A stretch of 64,000 bases of DNA, from the NCBI GenBank assembly GCA_965249275.1, contig CBDFLQ010000007.1, forward strand, positions 64,001 through 128,000. The letters are read 5' to 3'. The notes beneath the pieces are model-generated. The model did no database searches. It saw only the letters and a program-made list of their open reading frames with translations, and was not told the DNA's origin. The stretch is from Dehalococcoidia bacterium (GTDB lineage: Bacteria; Chloroflexota; Dehalococcoidia; Plut-88900). Of this stretch, positions 9,423 through 19,367 are shown one piece after another (within the stretch, counting starts at the first letter, position 1; each line of letters begins with the position of its first letter). The position numbers were made by a program, and so were the translations under genes.

Positions 9423-10238
9423 TCACCGACCCGGCGGCCGCTGATCGGCTGGCAGTTCGCTTCCGCCGGTCCCGTGGGTGAAATCTTCACCCCATTCGTA
9501 AGGCAGGTCCGTGATCTTGCCCGGCTCGTCGAGCGTGTCCAGAGTGCCGAGAGCATCCTTGATGATGTTCGTCTGGAGCTCTCTGTCGAACGGCTTGCCA
9601 CATTGATGTCCCAAAGGGAAGTTGACGAACACGGGCCGGGGTGGCTTCACCTGAGCCATCATGTCCCTGACCGAGCCTACGTACACGGTGCTGACGCCTA
9701 CCTCTTCAACTACCCTCGCTAGCAGTCCAACGGACTGGTGGTCCAGCGGTCAGGCAGGTACACAGAAGAGGACGTCAACCTTGGCCTCCTTGAGTTTTCT
9801 GGCGATCTCAGCCGCCAACTGTGTCTGGAGAGCTGTACGCTTGTACATTCTCCCCATACCGAGTCCGTAGTTGATTTCGGCCAGTTCCCCTATATAGCCC
9901 TCCTGCTCCAACTCCCGGAATCTGTCTAAAGGCAAGATGACGTTGGGGTCCCGGTCGGCGTCACGGTGGTCATAATAGTTGTAGTTGATTATCAGGTCTT
10001 TGGTCGGGGTGTCTTTGGAGATCTCCCGGTAGCTTAGCTCGCTTCTGGCCAAGGGGTCGAAAGGCTCCTGGTCCCTGCGGGACATCCCCGAGGAGCAGAG
10101 CAGTGCCACCTTCGCCTGGTCGAGCGGCTTCTCGAACGGGCTCCAGGTCGTGGTCTGGAACACTGACCACTTGTAGGGTGGAAACCCGTGGCCTTGATAA
10201 TAGGCGTTGAGGTTGGCTACGTAGTCTATGGGCTTCAT
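9423..10238 (-). CDS. PrdB/GrdB-like selenoprotein (Sec at codon 163, TGA 9750-9752), 271 aa
   Basis: ORFs 9750..10238 and 9423..9686 are in frame across one TGA: ...VDVLFCVPA-U-PLDHQSVGLLARVVEEVGVSTV...KPPR...FPLG; AGGAGG RBS; SECIS-like hairpin. Confidence 0.85.
9717..9748 (-). promoter_or_regulatory. bacterial SECIS-like hairpin
   Basis: After UGA: CGCTGG-ACCAC-CAGTCC-GTT-GGACTG-CTAGCG; perfect 6-bp apical stem; loop starts with G after 18 intervening nt. Confidence 0.75.
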
Positions 10239-10399
10239 CCACGACCTCCTTGCTATAGGGGCAATCCCCGCTCCAGCCTTTGCAACCGTCTCAACTTCTC
10301 TGGGGCCACCTCATTCCGCCGGGACACTGTCTGAATCGCATTGGCTACCATTTATTTTCGGCGAGTGTAGCATTCGGAATACCCTACTTCAAACTGTCC

Positions 10400-10541
10400 G
10401 GGCGCGGTGGGTGTCGTGATTTTCCTTCATCTGCATCCCTGCGGGGTCGGCAGTCAAATATCATGTGATTGTCTACTTTGATATGTACCTACTCGCTGGT
10501 GTGGCGATGGCGGAGAGGGATGGGACTTACTTGCCGAAATA
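10400..10541 (+). pseudogene. degenerate duplicate of the 3' end of the ureohydrolase gene
   Basis: Translates to VS*FSFICIPAGSAVKYHVIVYFDMYLLAGVAMAERDGTYLPK versus VSGFSFICIPPGSAVVYRVIVYVIMYMLAGVAMAKRDGTYLLK at 9252-9396. Confidence 0.9.
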
Positions 10542-10565
10542 TGGCGAAATAGTAGAGCAAAAGAT

Positions 10566-10594
10566 TCGGGCGGTTGGCTTAGCCAACCGCCCGA
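10566..10594 (-). terminator. intrinsic terminator downstream of ssrA
   Basis: 13-bp perfect stem TCGGGCGGTTGGC/GCCAACCGCCCGA followed by ATCTTTT on the minus strand. Confidence 0.75.
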
Positions 10595-10607
10595 TTGTCT
10601 TCTTACT

Positions 10608-10960
10608 TGGTGGAGACGGGGGAGGGTCGAACTCCCCGTCCAGAAGGTGGCCCCAGAGCGTCTACAGGCTTAGACGGCACTTAAATTTCGCCCGCCGTAT
10701 CGCAGCCGACGACGACAACGGAAGGCTAGCTGAATAGTCTTAACCTGTCCCTCACAGCATTAGGGCAGGAGCACCTCGATTTGCGTCGCCCTGAGACGGC
10801 CTTCGAGGAGAGGCCGAACAGGACGGGTTACCTAGTGTCTAGGCAGCCAGTGCGTACTGACGTTTGCCAGTTATGTTTTTGCCGCTGGTTTTACGAGTCC
10901 CACGGCGCCTCGGCCTGCAACCCTGGGTTACCGTGACTCCTGTCGAGCCCACGCGTCCCC
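10608..10960 (-). ncRNA. ssrA: tmRNA; tag peptide (A)GKRQYALAA* at 10839-10868
   Basis: 5' GGGGACG, 3' GTTCGA T-arm and ...CGTCTCCACCA; ATAACT before the resume codon; adjacent to smpB. Confidence 0.95.
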
Positions 10961-11027
10961 AAGCTGTAGGACTCTATTTTAACATAACGTCTTGCTTGAG
11001 ATTCGGGACCCGAGACCCGAAGAGCGC

Positions 11028-11489
11028 CTAGCTGCGTCTTATGCCAGTTTCCTTGAGGACGGCCCGCTGCATCTGCCTATCGGCCTCCCGGCGTGCGATG
11101 GCCGCTCGCTTGTCATAAAGTTTGCGCCCACGCGCCACCCCGATCTCTATCTTCGCCTTATGGTTCTTGATGTAGAGCCTCAGCGGCACCAGCGTCAATC
11201 CCTTCTCCTGCACCTTGGATGAGAGGTAGTCGATCTGGCCGCGGTGCAACAGCACCTTTCTAGGACGCATGGGCTCGTGGTTCGATCGATTGCCGTTGGA
11301 GTAAGGCGAAATGTGGGCGCCGTGGAGCCAAAGCTCGTCGTCTTCCGGGCGTGCGAACGCATCCCGGATGTTGACCTTGCCGTCCCGGATGGACTTGATC
11401 TCTGTGCCCGTGAGCACGAGTCCTCCTTCGAACGACTCCAGGATGTCGTATTCAAACCGGGCTTTGCGGTTGACGCTGATGGTTTTCAT
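11028..11489 (-). CDS. smpB: SsrA-binding protein
   Basis: NRKARFEY, GTEIKSIR, RGRKLYDKR motifs. Confidence 0.98.
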   Translation of the reverse strand: MKTISVNRKARFEYDILESFEGGLVLTGTEIKSIRDGKVNIRDAFARPEDDELWLHGAHISPYSNGNRSNHEPMRPRKVLLHRGQIDYLSSKVQEKGLTLVPLRLYIKNHKAKIEIGVARGRKLYDKRAAIARREADRQMQRAVLKETGIRRS

Positions 11490-11503
11490 TAGAGGTGCAA
11501 GGG

Positions 11504-12967
11504 TTATCCCGATATCGAAAGCACGTGTTCGACGGCTGCTTCCAGCTGGACGTCCTTCTGGGCCGCGAGATCGGCCTCGGTGAAAGACACCAGGATGTCA
11601 GGTTCGATGCCGAACCCCTCGATTACGTCGCCGTCGGGGGTGAGCCAGCGGGCAAAGGTAACATTCAGCCCCGACCCGTCAGACAGGTTGTATAGGCGGG
11701 TGACGCTTCCCTTGCCGAAAGTGGGGAGCCCGATAAGCTGGGCCCGGCCCCGGTCCTGCAGTGCGCCCGCCAGCACCTCTGCGCCGCTGGCGCTGTGCGC
11801 GTCTACCAGGACGGCAAGGGGCACGTCCAGGGCTGCGCCGCCGCCGTCAGCATTCCAGTCAGTCTTGCTTCCATTACCTTCCATCTCGATTAGCACCAGG
11901 CCGCCGTCCAGGAAGAGATCGGCAACCTGGACCGTCTCCCGCAGCAGCCCCCCCGGGTTCTGACGCACGTCCAGGATGATTCCCTTAGCTCCTTGGGACA
12001 GAGCTTCTTCCAAGAACGCCTCTGTCTCACCGGGGGTGCGGCGGGTAAACAGGTGGATCCTGATTCGGTATATGTCGTCGTCCAGGGATTCCATACTGAC
12101 ACTGTCGATTGGAATATTTCCGCGCACTATGACCACTCGCTCAGGGTCATGGTCCAGAAGGTGCTGGATCAGGAGCTCGACAGGCGTGCCTTCCGGCCCC
12201 CGGATGCGCAGTATCGACTCCCGCAGGGTGATGGAGTTCGCCTCGGTTCCGTCGATCTCCAGAATGATGTCGCCGGCCAGGATTCCGGCGGCCTCGGCGG
12301 GGGAGTTTTCCATTGGGGATATGACTATTGGGTACCCCTCACTATTGGTGCCCACGTAGGCCCCTATCCCGTGGAACGAACCCTCCAGGTCCGACTGTTC
12401 CAACCTCAGGTCTTCCCGGGACAGGTAGGCTGTATACGGATCGGCCAGGGCCCCGACCATGCCACGGATGGCGGCGATGCTCAGGTCTTCCAGCCCCAAA
12501 GCGTTATCGGTGGGTTGAGTGTATGCGTATGCGAGGACTTCGTAGGCCTCCTCCAGCTCGTCTCCTCCCGGCACCGAGAAATAATTCTCCTCCAGTTCCA
12601 GGTCGTATTCCAGGGCCCGAGCCTCGGCTATGGAAAGGGACGTGTCTTCGGTAGCTTCCAGGATACCGAATATGGCCCCGTCGCTCAGCACGCGCGGGTC
12701 TATGTCGTCGATTTCCACGTACTCCCGCTGGACTATGCGCCAAGCCTCATAGAGGGTGCGGGCTTCGTCTGGCAGGCTTATGGTGAGCGGCTCCTCATTG
12801 GGTTCCGCAGTAGCCGTGGATTGGGGGATGGCATCGGAGGTGGACTCATTGGGGGTCGAGTCCACGGGCGTTATATCCCCGCCCCCCCGGCATGCGAACA
12901 CGAGGGCGATGACGGAGATGAGAAGGATGACTGTAGCGAGCCGTTTAGAAATCGGCAAAATACTCAA
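11504..12967 (-). CDS. S41 carboxy-terminal processing protease with PDZ domain, lipoprotein
   Basis: Lipobox VFAC; DPYT, GIG, DVRQNPGG, SASGAE and TFGKGSV motifs. Confidence 0.92.
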   Translation of the reverse strand: MSILPISKRLATVILLISVIALVFACRGGGDITPVDSTPNESTSDAIPQSTATAEPNEEPLTISLPDEARTLYEAWRIVQREYVEIDDIDPRVLSDGAIFGILEATEDTSLSIAEARALEYDLELEENYFSVPGGDELEEAYEVLAYAYTQPTDNALGLEDLSIAAIRGMVGALADPYTAYLSREDLRLEQSDLEGSFHGIGAYVGTNSEGYPIVISPMENSPAEAAGILAGDIILEIDGTEANSITLRESILRIRGPEGTPVELLIQHLLDHDPERVVIVRGNIPIDSVSMESLDDDIYRIRIHLFTRRTPGETEAFLEEALSQGAKGIILDVRQNPGGLLRETVQVADLFLDGGLVLIEMEGNGSKTDWNADGGGAALDVPLAVLVDAHSASGAEVLAGALQDRGRAQLIGLPTFGKGSVTRLYNLSDGSGLNVTFARWLTPDGDVIEGFGIEPDILVSFTEADLAAQKDVQLEAAVEHVLSISG

Positions 12968-13143
12968 ACCTCAGCATTGGGGCGTAAACAATTACATCTG
13001 GGTCCAAAGCCTAAGGAAATTTTATCATAGCCATAGGGCGCCTCCAATTCGGAATCGGAGACGTTGACACATCGGAAGGCGTGTCCATAGAATCGTAGTC
13101 CCCGCGCCCCGGAACCCGAGTTGATCCCATTAGTGAGGCTGGT

Positions 13144-13845
13144 ATGGCGGTCGGAAGGCAAATTTACGAACTGCATCAGCTGGACGCTTCAATCCTCGAT
13201 ACGGACGCCGCCCTGGCTCTCGTCAACCGCAAATTGACGGACGATTCAGAGCTCCGGAAAGCCGAGGCAGTCCTTAGTCGAGCCCAGGAAAAGCTCGCGG
13301 GTGTGGAACGGCGTCAGCGTGAAGCAGAGGCCCTAATCAGCGACATCCAGGCGCGCCTCGGCCCTCTGGAGAAAAAGACCTACGACGGCTCAGTTGGCAA
13401 TCCCCGCGAACTCCAGAGTATGCAGCGCGAGGTGGAAAACCTCAAGAAGCGCCTTTCCGATGCTGAGGACAGCTTTCTCACTATTCTTGACGAGCACGAT
13501 GCTGCATCAAAGGTTGCTGCTGAAAAAGAAGCCCAGCGTTCCGCCACCGAGAAAAAGAGGAAGACCGAGTTAAAAGACCTAGCCAACGAGAAGGACAAGC
13601 TTGAGTTCGATCTTCTGGAGCTTTCCGAAAAGCGTGACGGCAGGGCCTCTGCGTTGGACACGGACCCGAAGAGACTGTACGAAACTCTTCGACAATCGCT
13701 GGGAGGGTTGGCCTTAGCGACCATTGGGCGCGGAATGTGCAACATTTGCCGCATATCCTTGCCAATGAACGTGGTCCAAAAAGCGAAGGCCGGCAGAGAA
13801 CTGTCCCAATGCCCTACCTGCTCAAGGATCCTGTGGGTCGAGTAG
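13144..13845 (+). CDS. coiled-coil protein with C-terminal C4 zinc ribbon (zf-RING_7-like)
   Basis: Long coiled coil; CNIC...CPTCSRIL; usual neighbour of rnhA. Confidence 0.85.
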   Translation: MAVGRQIYELHQLDASILDTDAALALVNRKLTDDSELRKAEAVLSRAQEKLAGVERRQREAEALISDIQARLGPLEKKTYDGSVGNPRELQSMQREVENLKKRLSDAEDSFLTILDEHDAASKVAAEKEAQRSATEKKRKTELKDLANEKDKLEFDLLELSEKRDGRASALDTDPKRLYETLRQSLGGLALATIGRGMCNICRISLPMNVVQKAKAGRELSQCPTCSRILWVE

Positions 13846-13894
13846 TTCACGTCCACCCCATTTCCCCCGGCCTCACTTTGAAAGGAGTGACGGC

Positions 13895-14299
13895 GTGATG
13901 AGCAAAACTATCATCCAGACTGACGGCGCTTCCCGCGGAAACCCGGGGCGCGCGTCCATCGGCGGCGTGATATGGGACTACGAAGGCCAGGTCATCGCCG
14001 AGGTCAGCAAGGCCATAGGCATCGCCACCAACAACGTGGCGGAGTACAGGGCACTGGTTGAGACACTGGCCAAGGCCCTGGAATTGGGTGTCGAGTTTGT
14101 CGACGTCCGTCTTGACTCAGAGCTGATAGTCAGGCAAGTCAACGGCAGTTACCGGACCAAGAAACCCAAGTTGAAAAAACTCCTCTCCCAGGTCCAGGGG
14201 CTACTGCAGTCATTCGATGGGTACGTGATCCGGCACGTGCCTCGATGGGACAACCGCCACGCCGACTCCCTCGCCAACCGAGCCCTGAACGCTCGCTGA
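13895..14299 (+). CDS. rnhA: ribonuclease HI
   Basis: TDGASRGNPG, TNNVAEY, DSELIVRQ, NRHADSLAN motifs. Confidence 0.93.
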   Translation: MMSKTIIQTDGASRGNPGRASIGGVIWDYEGQVIAEVSKAIGIATNNVAEYRALVETLAKALELGVEFVDVRLDSELIVRQVNGSYRTKKPKLKKLLSQVQGLLQSFDGYVIRHVPRWDNRHADSLANRALNAR

Positions 14300-14301
14300 A
14301 T

Positions 14302-14330
14302 TTGACCTCCCCGTTAGGGTGGCATAGTCT
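14302..14330 (+). promoter_or_regulatory. sigma70-type promoter for rnpB
   Basis: TTGACC-17 nt-TAGTCT just upstream of the RNA. Confidence 0.55.
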
Positions 14331-14335
14331 TGAAT

Positions 14336-14686
14336 GGGACTTGGAGACCGGGTGGCCGCCCGCCTCGGCGGGAGGAAAGTCCGAGCTCCACCGGGAAGGA
14401 TGCTGGGTAACTCCCAGGAGGGGAAACCCTACGGAAAGTGCCACAGAAACATACCGCCCGTCCATGGCGGGTAAGGGTGAAATGGCGAGGTAAGAGCTCA
14501 CCAGTAGCCGGGAGACCGGCTAGCTGGGCAAACCCCATCCGGAGCAAGGCCAAATAGGAGGACAATGGGACCCGGCCCGTCCTCGGGTTGGCTGCTTGAG
14601 CCCGGCGGTAACGCCGGGCCCAGATAGATGGCCACCGTCCGCCTCAGGCGGATACAGAACTCGGCTTATAGGTCTCCGCAGGTCTC
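14336..14686 (+). ncRNA. rnpB: RNase P RNA (type A)
   Basis: GAGGAAAGTCC, GAAAGTGCCACAGAAA, GAGCAAGGCCAAATAG and ACAGAACTCGGCTTA; P1 GGAGACC/GGTCTCC; ends approximate. Confidence 0.95.
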
Positions 14687-14688
14687 GG

Positions 14689-14727
14689 TGGGGCGGCGAC
14701 GCGTGCGTCGCCGCCCCATTCTTTCTT
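14689..14727 (+). terminator. intrinsic terminator of rnpB
   Basis: TGGGGCGGCGACGC/GCGTCGCCGCCCCA inverted repeat followed by TTCTTTCTT. Confidence 0.85.
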
Positions 14728-14792
14728 GAAGGCACGGCACGTCGACATATATACTGGGCTATCGCCCTCGTTTAGCCTTGCCGGAGGTACCT

Positions 14793-16763
14793 ATGACCAC
14801 CTTGAAAAAGGCCCCCGAAGCCGCCGAGACTCGGTCCCAGACCGCCCATCCCCTCGATCCCCTCACCCCTGATGAAATAGTCCGCGCCGTGGAAATACTG
14901 AATCGGGACCAGGAAATTGGGACGCGTGTGAGGTACGAAACCGTCGTCCTCAACGAACCACCCAAGGATGACGTCCTGGCCTACGATGGGACGAAAGCGC
15001 TACCCCGTGAGGCTTTCATCTGCATCCTGGACAACGACTCCCGCCGCACCTACGAGGCCGTCGTCTCTCTCTCCGAGGACCGCGTGAAGTCCTGGAATCA
15101 CATCCCCGGAGTCCAGCCCAAGATCATGCTGGACGAGTTCTACGAGTGCGAACAGGCAGTTAAGCAGGACCCGGCCTTCCGAGAGGCCCTCGCCCGACGG
15201 GGAATCACCGATGTGGACCTCGTGATGGTTGATCCTTGGGCTGCAGGCAATTACGGGTATGAGGGCGACAACGGAATGCGGTTGTCCTACTCGCTCTGTT
15301 GGCTTCGCTCCAGCCCCAAGGACAATGGCTATGCCCGACCCATCGAGGGCGTCGTCCCGGTGGTCGACCTTAACGAGATGAAGGTACTGCGGGTTATCGA
15401 CCACGGCGTTGTGCCCCTCCCTCCGACCGACGGCAACTACTCCCAGAATTTCATTCACGAGTTCCGGGAAGACCTTAAGCCCATAGAAATCACCCAGCCC
15501 GAGGGCCCCAGTTTCACGGTGGACGGGTGGCATGTTGCCTGGCAGAAGTGGGACATGCGTCTCGGGTTCACTCCCAGGGAGGGCCTGGTCCTCTATGACA
15601 TCGCTTACACTGACCAAGGGCGTCGACGCCCGATTATCTACCGGACCTGTCTTTCCGAGATGGTTGTCCCCTACGGCGAGCCGAATTCGCCCCACTTCCG
15701 CAAGAACGCCTTCGACGCCGGAGAGTACGGCATCGGCAACCTGGCCAACTCCCTTACCCTGGGGTGTGACTGCTTGGGCGAGATTCGCTATTTCGACGCC
15801 GTGACAAATGACACCCGGGGCGGCGTAATGGAAATACCCAACGCCATCTGCATGCACGAAGAGGACTTCGGGATACTCTGGAAGCACGTCGACTGGCGGA
15901 CCGGAGAGACCGAGGTGCGGCGCTCCCGCCGATTGGTCGTCTCGTTCATCTCCACGGTCGGCAACTACGAATACGGGTTCTTCTGGTATTTCTACCAGGA
16001 CGGCACGATCCAGTACGAGGTCAAACTTACCGGCGTGCTCAACAACGCTGCCGTGCCCCCGGGCCACGTGCCCGAGCACGGGACTTTGATTGCACCTCAA
16101 CTCGCGGCCCACATCCATCAACACTTCTTCAACGTCAGGATGGACATGGCGGTGGATGGGCAGAAGAACTCAGTCTACGAGGTCAACAGCTACGCCTGCC
16201 CTGCTGACGAAAACAACCCCCACCACAACGCCTTCTATGCAGAGAAGACCCAGCTGAAGACCGAGTCCGAAGCCCAGCGCAACATCGACCCATACTCGGC
16301 CAGGTATTGGCTTATAACCAACGAATCGGAGACTAACTACCTTGGGCAGAAGACCTCCTACAAGCTGATACCGGGAGAGAATGTGCTGCCCTTTGCCCAC
16401 GACGACGCCTCGGTCATCAAAAGAGCGGGGTTCATGACCAAACACCTCTGGGTCACGCCCTACGATCCCGCGGAAATGGACGCCGCAGGCGACTACCCCA
16501 ATCAGCATCCGGGTGGGGCCGGACTTCCGGCTTACACGAAGGCCAACCGGAGCCTCGACAACACCGATCTCGTGGTCTGGTACACATTCGGACACCACCA
16601 CGTCCCTCGCCCCGAGGACTGGCCCGTCATGCCCGTGATGTACACAGGTTTCAGCCTGAAACCTGTCAGCTTCTTCGACCGGAACCCGGCCCTGGACGTG
16701 CCGCCTTCCAGCCACGGGAACGGCCATCACTGCGGCGGGCACAATGGCTCGTGCCACGCGTGA
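14793..16763 (+). CDS. copper-containing primary amine oxidase (TPQ)
   Basis: GNYEY TPQ motif, HQH and H copper ligands, EDWPVMP; GGAGGT RBS before ATG 14793. Confidence 0.95.
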   Translation: MTTLKKAPEAAETRSQTAHPLDPLTPDEIVRAVEILNRDQEIGTRVRYETVVLNEPPKDDVLAYDGTKALPREAFICILDNDSRRTYEAVVSLSEDRVKSWNHIPGVQPKIMLDEFYECEQAVKQDPAFREALARRGITDVDLVMVDPWAAGNYGYEGDNGMRLSYSLCWLRSSPKDNGYARPIEGVVPVVDLNEMKVLRVIDHGVVPLPPTDGNYSQNFIHEFREDLKPIEITQPEGPSFTVDGWHVAWQKWDMRLGFTPREGLVLYDIAYTDQGRRRPIIYRTCLSEMVVPYGEPNSPHFRKNAFDAGEYGIGNLANSLTLGCDCLGEIRYFDAVTNDTRGGVMEIPNAICMHEEDFGILWKHVDWRTGETEVRRSRRLVVSFISTVGNYEYGFFWYFYQDGTIQYEVKLTGVLNNAAVPPGHVPEHGTLIAPQLAAHIHQHFFNVRMDMAVDGQKNSVYEVNSYACPADENNPHHNAFYAEKTQLKTESEAQRNIDPYSARYWLITNESETNYLGQKTSYKLIPGENVLPFAHDDASVIKRAGFMTKHLWVTPYDPAEMDAAGDYPNQHPGGAGLPAYTKANRSLDNTDLVVWYTFGHHHVPRPEDWPVMPVMYTGFSLKPVSFFDRNPALDVPPSSHGNGHHCGGHNGSCHA

Positions 16764-16766
16764 CCC

Positions 16767-19109
16767 GTGGATGGTTTAAGCACAACCGAAATCGGAGCGG
16801 GGGACCTGAAGGCCGTACTGCCCGACCTGACTGGCACGCTCAACCTTTCCGGGTTGGATGGCCCTGTTACCGTCTACCGAGACCGGTCGGGCATACCGCA
16901 CGTCCAGGCATCCTCTCTGCACGACGCGTTCTTTGCCCAGGGATTCGTAACGGCTCAGGACCGGCTTTGGCACATGGACTGGGACCGTCGGCGAGCCTTG
17001 GGGAGATGGGCCGAAATAGCAGGGCCCGCGGGCGTCGAGCAGGACAAGCTGATGCGGAGATTTCGGCTCGGGGCAAGTGCAAAAGCCGACTTCGAAGTCG
17101 TGAGCCCGGACACGCAGGCCATGCTCGAAAGCTATGCCGGGGGCGTCAACGCATTCATTCAGACCGCCTCCGAGTTGCCCATCGAATACCGTATCATAGG
17201 CTCGGGCCCCGAGCCCTGGGAACCCTGGCACTCGATGGCGGTTTTCAAGGTGCGTCACATCCTGATGGGCTCCTTTGAGCGCAAGTTGTGGAACGCGCGG
17301 ATGGTCCGCAGGCTCGGCTACCAGAAGGCACAGGAAGCGATACCCAAGTCCCGGCCCGGCGAGCTGCTTATCGTGCCGCCGGGAGGCGAATACTCAGGCC
17401 CTTCGGATAAGTCGCTGCCGGACTTCCTTGAAGGCGCGGAGTGGCCGGGGCTCCCTACAAGGGAAGAGGGTGGAAGTAATAACTGGGCGGTGCACGGGAG
17501 CCGGACTGCCTCCGGCGCACCTCTCCTCGCAGGGGACCCGCATCGGGGACTTGAGGCGCCCAGCGTCTACTACCAAAACCACATAGCGTGTGACGAGTTT
17601 GATGTTGTAGGGCTCTCGTTCCCCGGCGTGCCGGGGTTTCCGCACTTTGGACACAACGCTCACGTCGCCTGGTGCGTAACCCACGCCATGGCCGACTACC
17701 AGGACCTCTTCATCGAGCGGTTCAAGAATGATGATCCCCGTTTCTTCGAGTTCAGGGGTGAGTGGGAACCCGCCGAGGTCTCGACCGAAGTTATACAAGT
17801 CGCAGGTGAGCCTTCGGAGCAATTCGAAATCATCTCCACGAGGCACGGTTCTATCGTGGCAGGAGACCCGGCCAAAGGGACGGCTTTGGCTCTCAAGTAC
17901 ACCGCCACTGCCGAACCCATCAAGGCCTTCGACTCGATAAGTCGGATGCTCGCTGCCACGTCGGTTGACGAGATGGATGAGTCGATGCGGGACTGGGTTG
18001 ATCCAGCCAACAACTTCGTCTGCGTAGATGTGCAAGGCGACATAAAGTACCTGACCCGGGGCCGACTCCCGATCAGGCCCAAGGCCAACGGATGGGTCCC
18101 TGTGCCCGGCTGGAGCGGCGACTACGAATGGACGGGCTACGTCCCCTTCGAGGAAATGCCAAGGTCTCGGAACCCCGAGACCGGTTTTATCGTCACCGCC
18201 AACAACCGCATCACCGACGAGGACTATCCTTACTACATCGGCCTGGACTACGACGGCGAGCATCGAGCCAGGTGTATCTATCAGGCCCTCGAATCACTAG
18301 CCTCGGCTACGGTGGAAGACATGACCTCTGTGCACGCGCTGCGTACGTCGATACCGGCCCGGGAGCTGTGTGAGCTGCTGAACGATGTGGAGATGCGCAC
18401 CGAAGCCGCCGTCGAGGCCAAACGCCTACTCCATTCATGGGACTGCCGGATGGACAGAGACCGTCCGGAACCAACTATCTTTAGCGCCTTTCATGATGCC
18501 CTCGCCGAGGCCTATTCCGCGTCCATCCTCGGGCCCCTGGCCGAAGAAATGGCCGGTGAGACGGGACGGGGAGCGCCGTCCTGGTACGGGCGCACAAAGT
18601 CGAGCCTGCACGATAAGCTCAAGTCGGCATCCTCCTCCGGCGAGATGACTGAAGTTCACTCTCTTCTCGCTGGAGCCTTGGAAACAGCAGTTACTAAGCT
18701 GAAGGCTTGGCTCGGGGAGGAGATGTCCGATTGGACCTGGGGCCGAGTCCACAAAACGAGTCCCAAGCACGCCCTATCCGCTGCCTTTCCCAATCTGGCC
18801 CAGGAACTTAATCCCCCGTCTGTGGGCACCCACGGAGACGGCTTCACGCCCTTGGCGGGCTCCTACTCGGCTGCGGAGCCATACATACTCACGTCGGCTT
18901 CGATGGCACGGTACGTCTTCGATGCGTCGGACTGGGAAAACTCTCGCTGGGTCGTGCCTCTGGGAGCGTCCGGGCATCCGGGAAGCCCTCACTACTCCGA
19001 CCAGGCCGAGACATGGGCCAACGTTGCTCTCCTACCCATGATCTACGACTGGGAAGCGGTCTCCCGTCAGTCCGAGACTCATCAGTCCCTGCTCCCGGCA
19101 ACCGATTAA
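16767..19109 (+). CDS. penicillin acylase family (S45) Ntn hydrolase
   Basis: RDRSGIPHV, AQDRLW, GSNNW nucleophile, GDPH, TANN and GASGHP motifs. Confidence 0.93.
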   Translation: MDGLSTTEIGAGDLKAVLPDLTGTLNLSGLDGPVTVYRDRSGIPHVQASSLHDAFFAQGFVTAQDRLWHMDWDRRRALGRWAEIAGPAGVEQDKLMRRFRLGASAKADFEVVSPDTQAMLESYAGGVNAFIQTASELPIEYRIIGSGPEPWEPWHSMAVFKVRHILMGSFERKLWNARMVRRLGYQKAQEAIPKSRPGELLIVPPGGEYSGPSDKSLPDFLEGAEWPGLPTREEGGSNNWAVHGSRTASGAPLLAGDPHRGLEAPSVYYQNHIACDEFDVVGLSFPGVPGFPHFGHNAHVAWCVTHAMADYQDLFIERFKNDDPRFFEFRGEWEPAEVSTEVIQVAGEPSEQFEIISTRHGSIVAGDPAKGTALALKYTATAEPIKAFDSISRMLAATSVDEMDESMRDWVDPANNFVCVDVQGDIKYLTRGRLPIRPKANGWVPVPGWSGDYEWTGYVPFEEMPRSRNPETGFIVTANNRITDEDYPYYIGLDYDGEHRARCIYQALESLASATVEDMTSVHALRTSIPARELCELLNDVEMRTEAAVEAKRLLHSWDCRMDRDRPEPTIFSAFHDALAEAYSASILGPLAEEMAGETGRGAPSWYGRTKSSLHDKLKSASSSGEMTEVHSLLAGALETAVTKLKAWLGEEMSDWTWGRVHKTSPKHALSAAFPNLAQELNPPSVGTHGDGFTPLAGSYSAAEPYILTSASMARYVFDASDWENSRWVVPLGASGHPGSPHYSDQAETWANVALLPMIYDWEAVSRQSETHQSLLPATD

Positions 19110-19367
19110 AAGACCCACCTCGCGGGCTCAGGCGGTGTTCCTTCTTCCGGCTAAGAGGTTCTGTGCTTTGACCTGCAATATGAGTGCTCAGACGGCACTG
19201 GGATGCCTAAATTGAACCCCAAGCCCTAAAAGAGCCCCCATTGTCTATTGACCGCAGGGCAAGACGTATGAGATGCTTTTAAGCGTGCTACGTGGGCTGT
19301 TGAGCGCGTTTAATATTAGAGCGTCGGAATGGCCCGCAACATTCTCATTCTAAGGTAGGGGAAACAA

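Noticed and set aside
2700-10607. ssrA-integrated genomic island
   Set aside because: Accessory-looking content, but no integrase and no duplicated ssrA 3' end found by eye.
10465-10737. 90-aa plus-strand ORF
   Set aside because: Made of the ureohydrolase remnant plus antisense tmRNA sequence.
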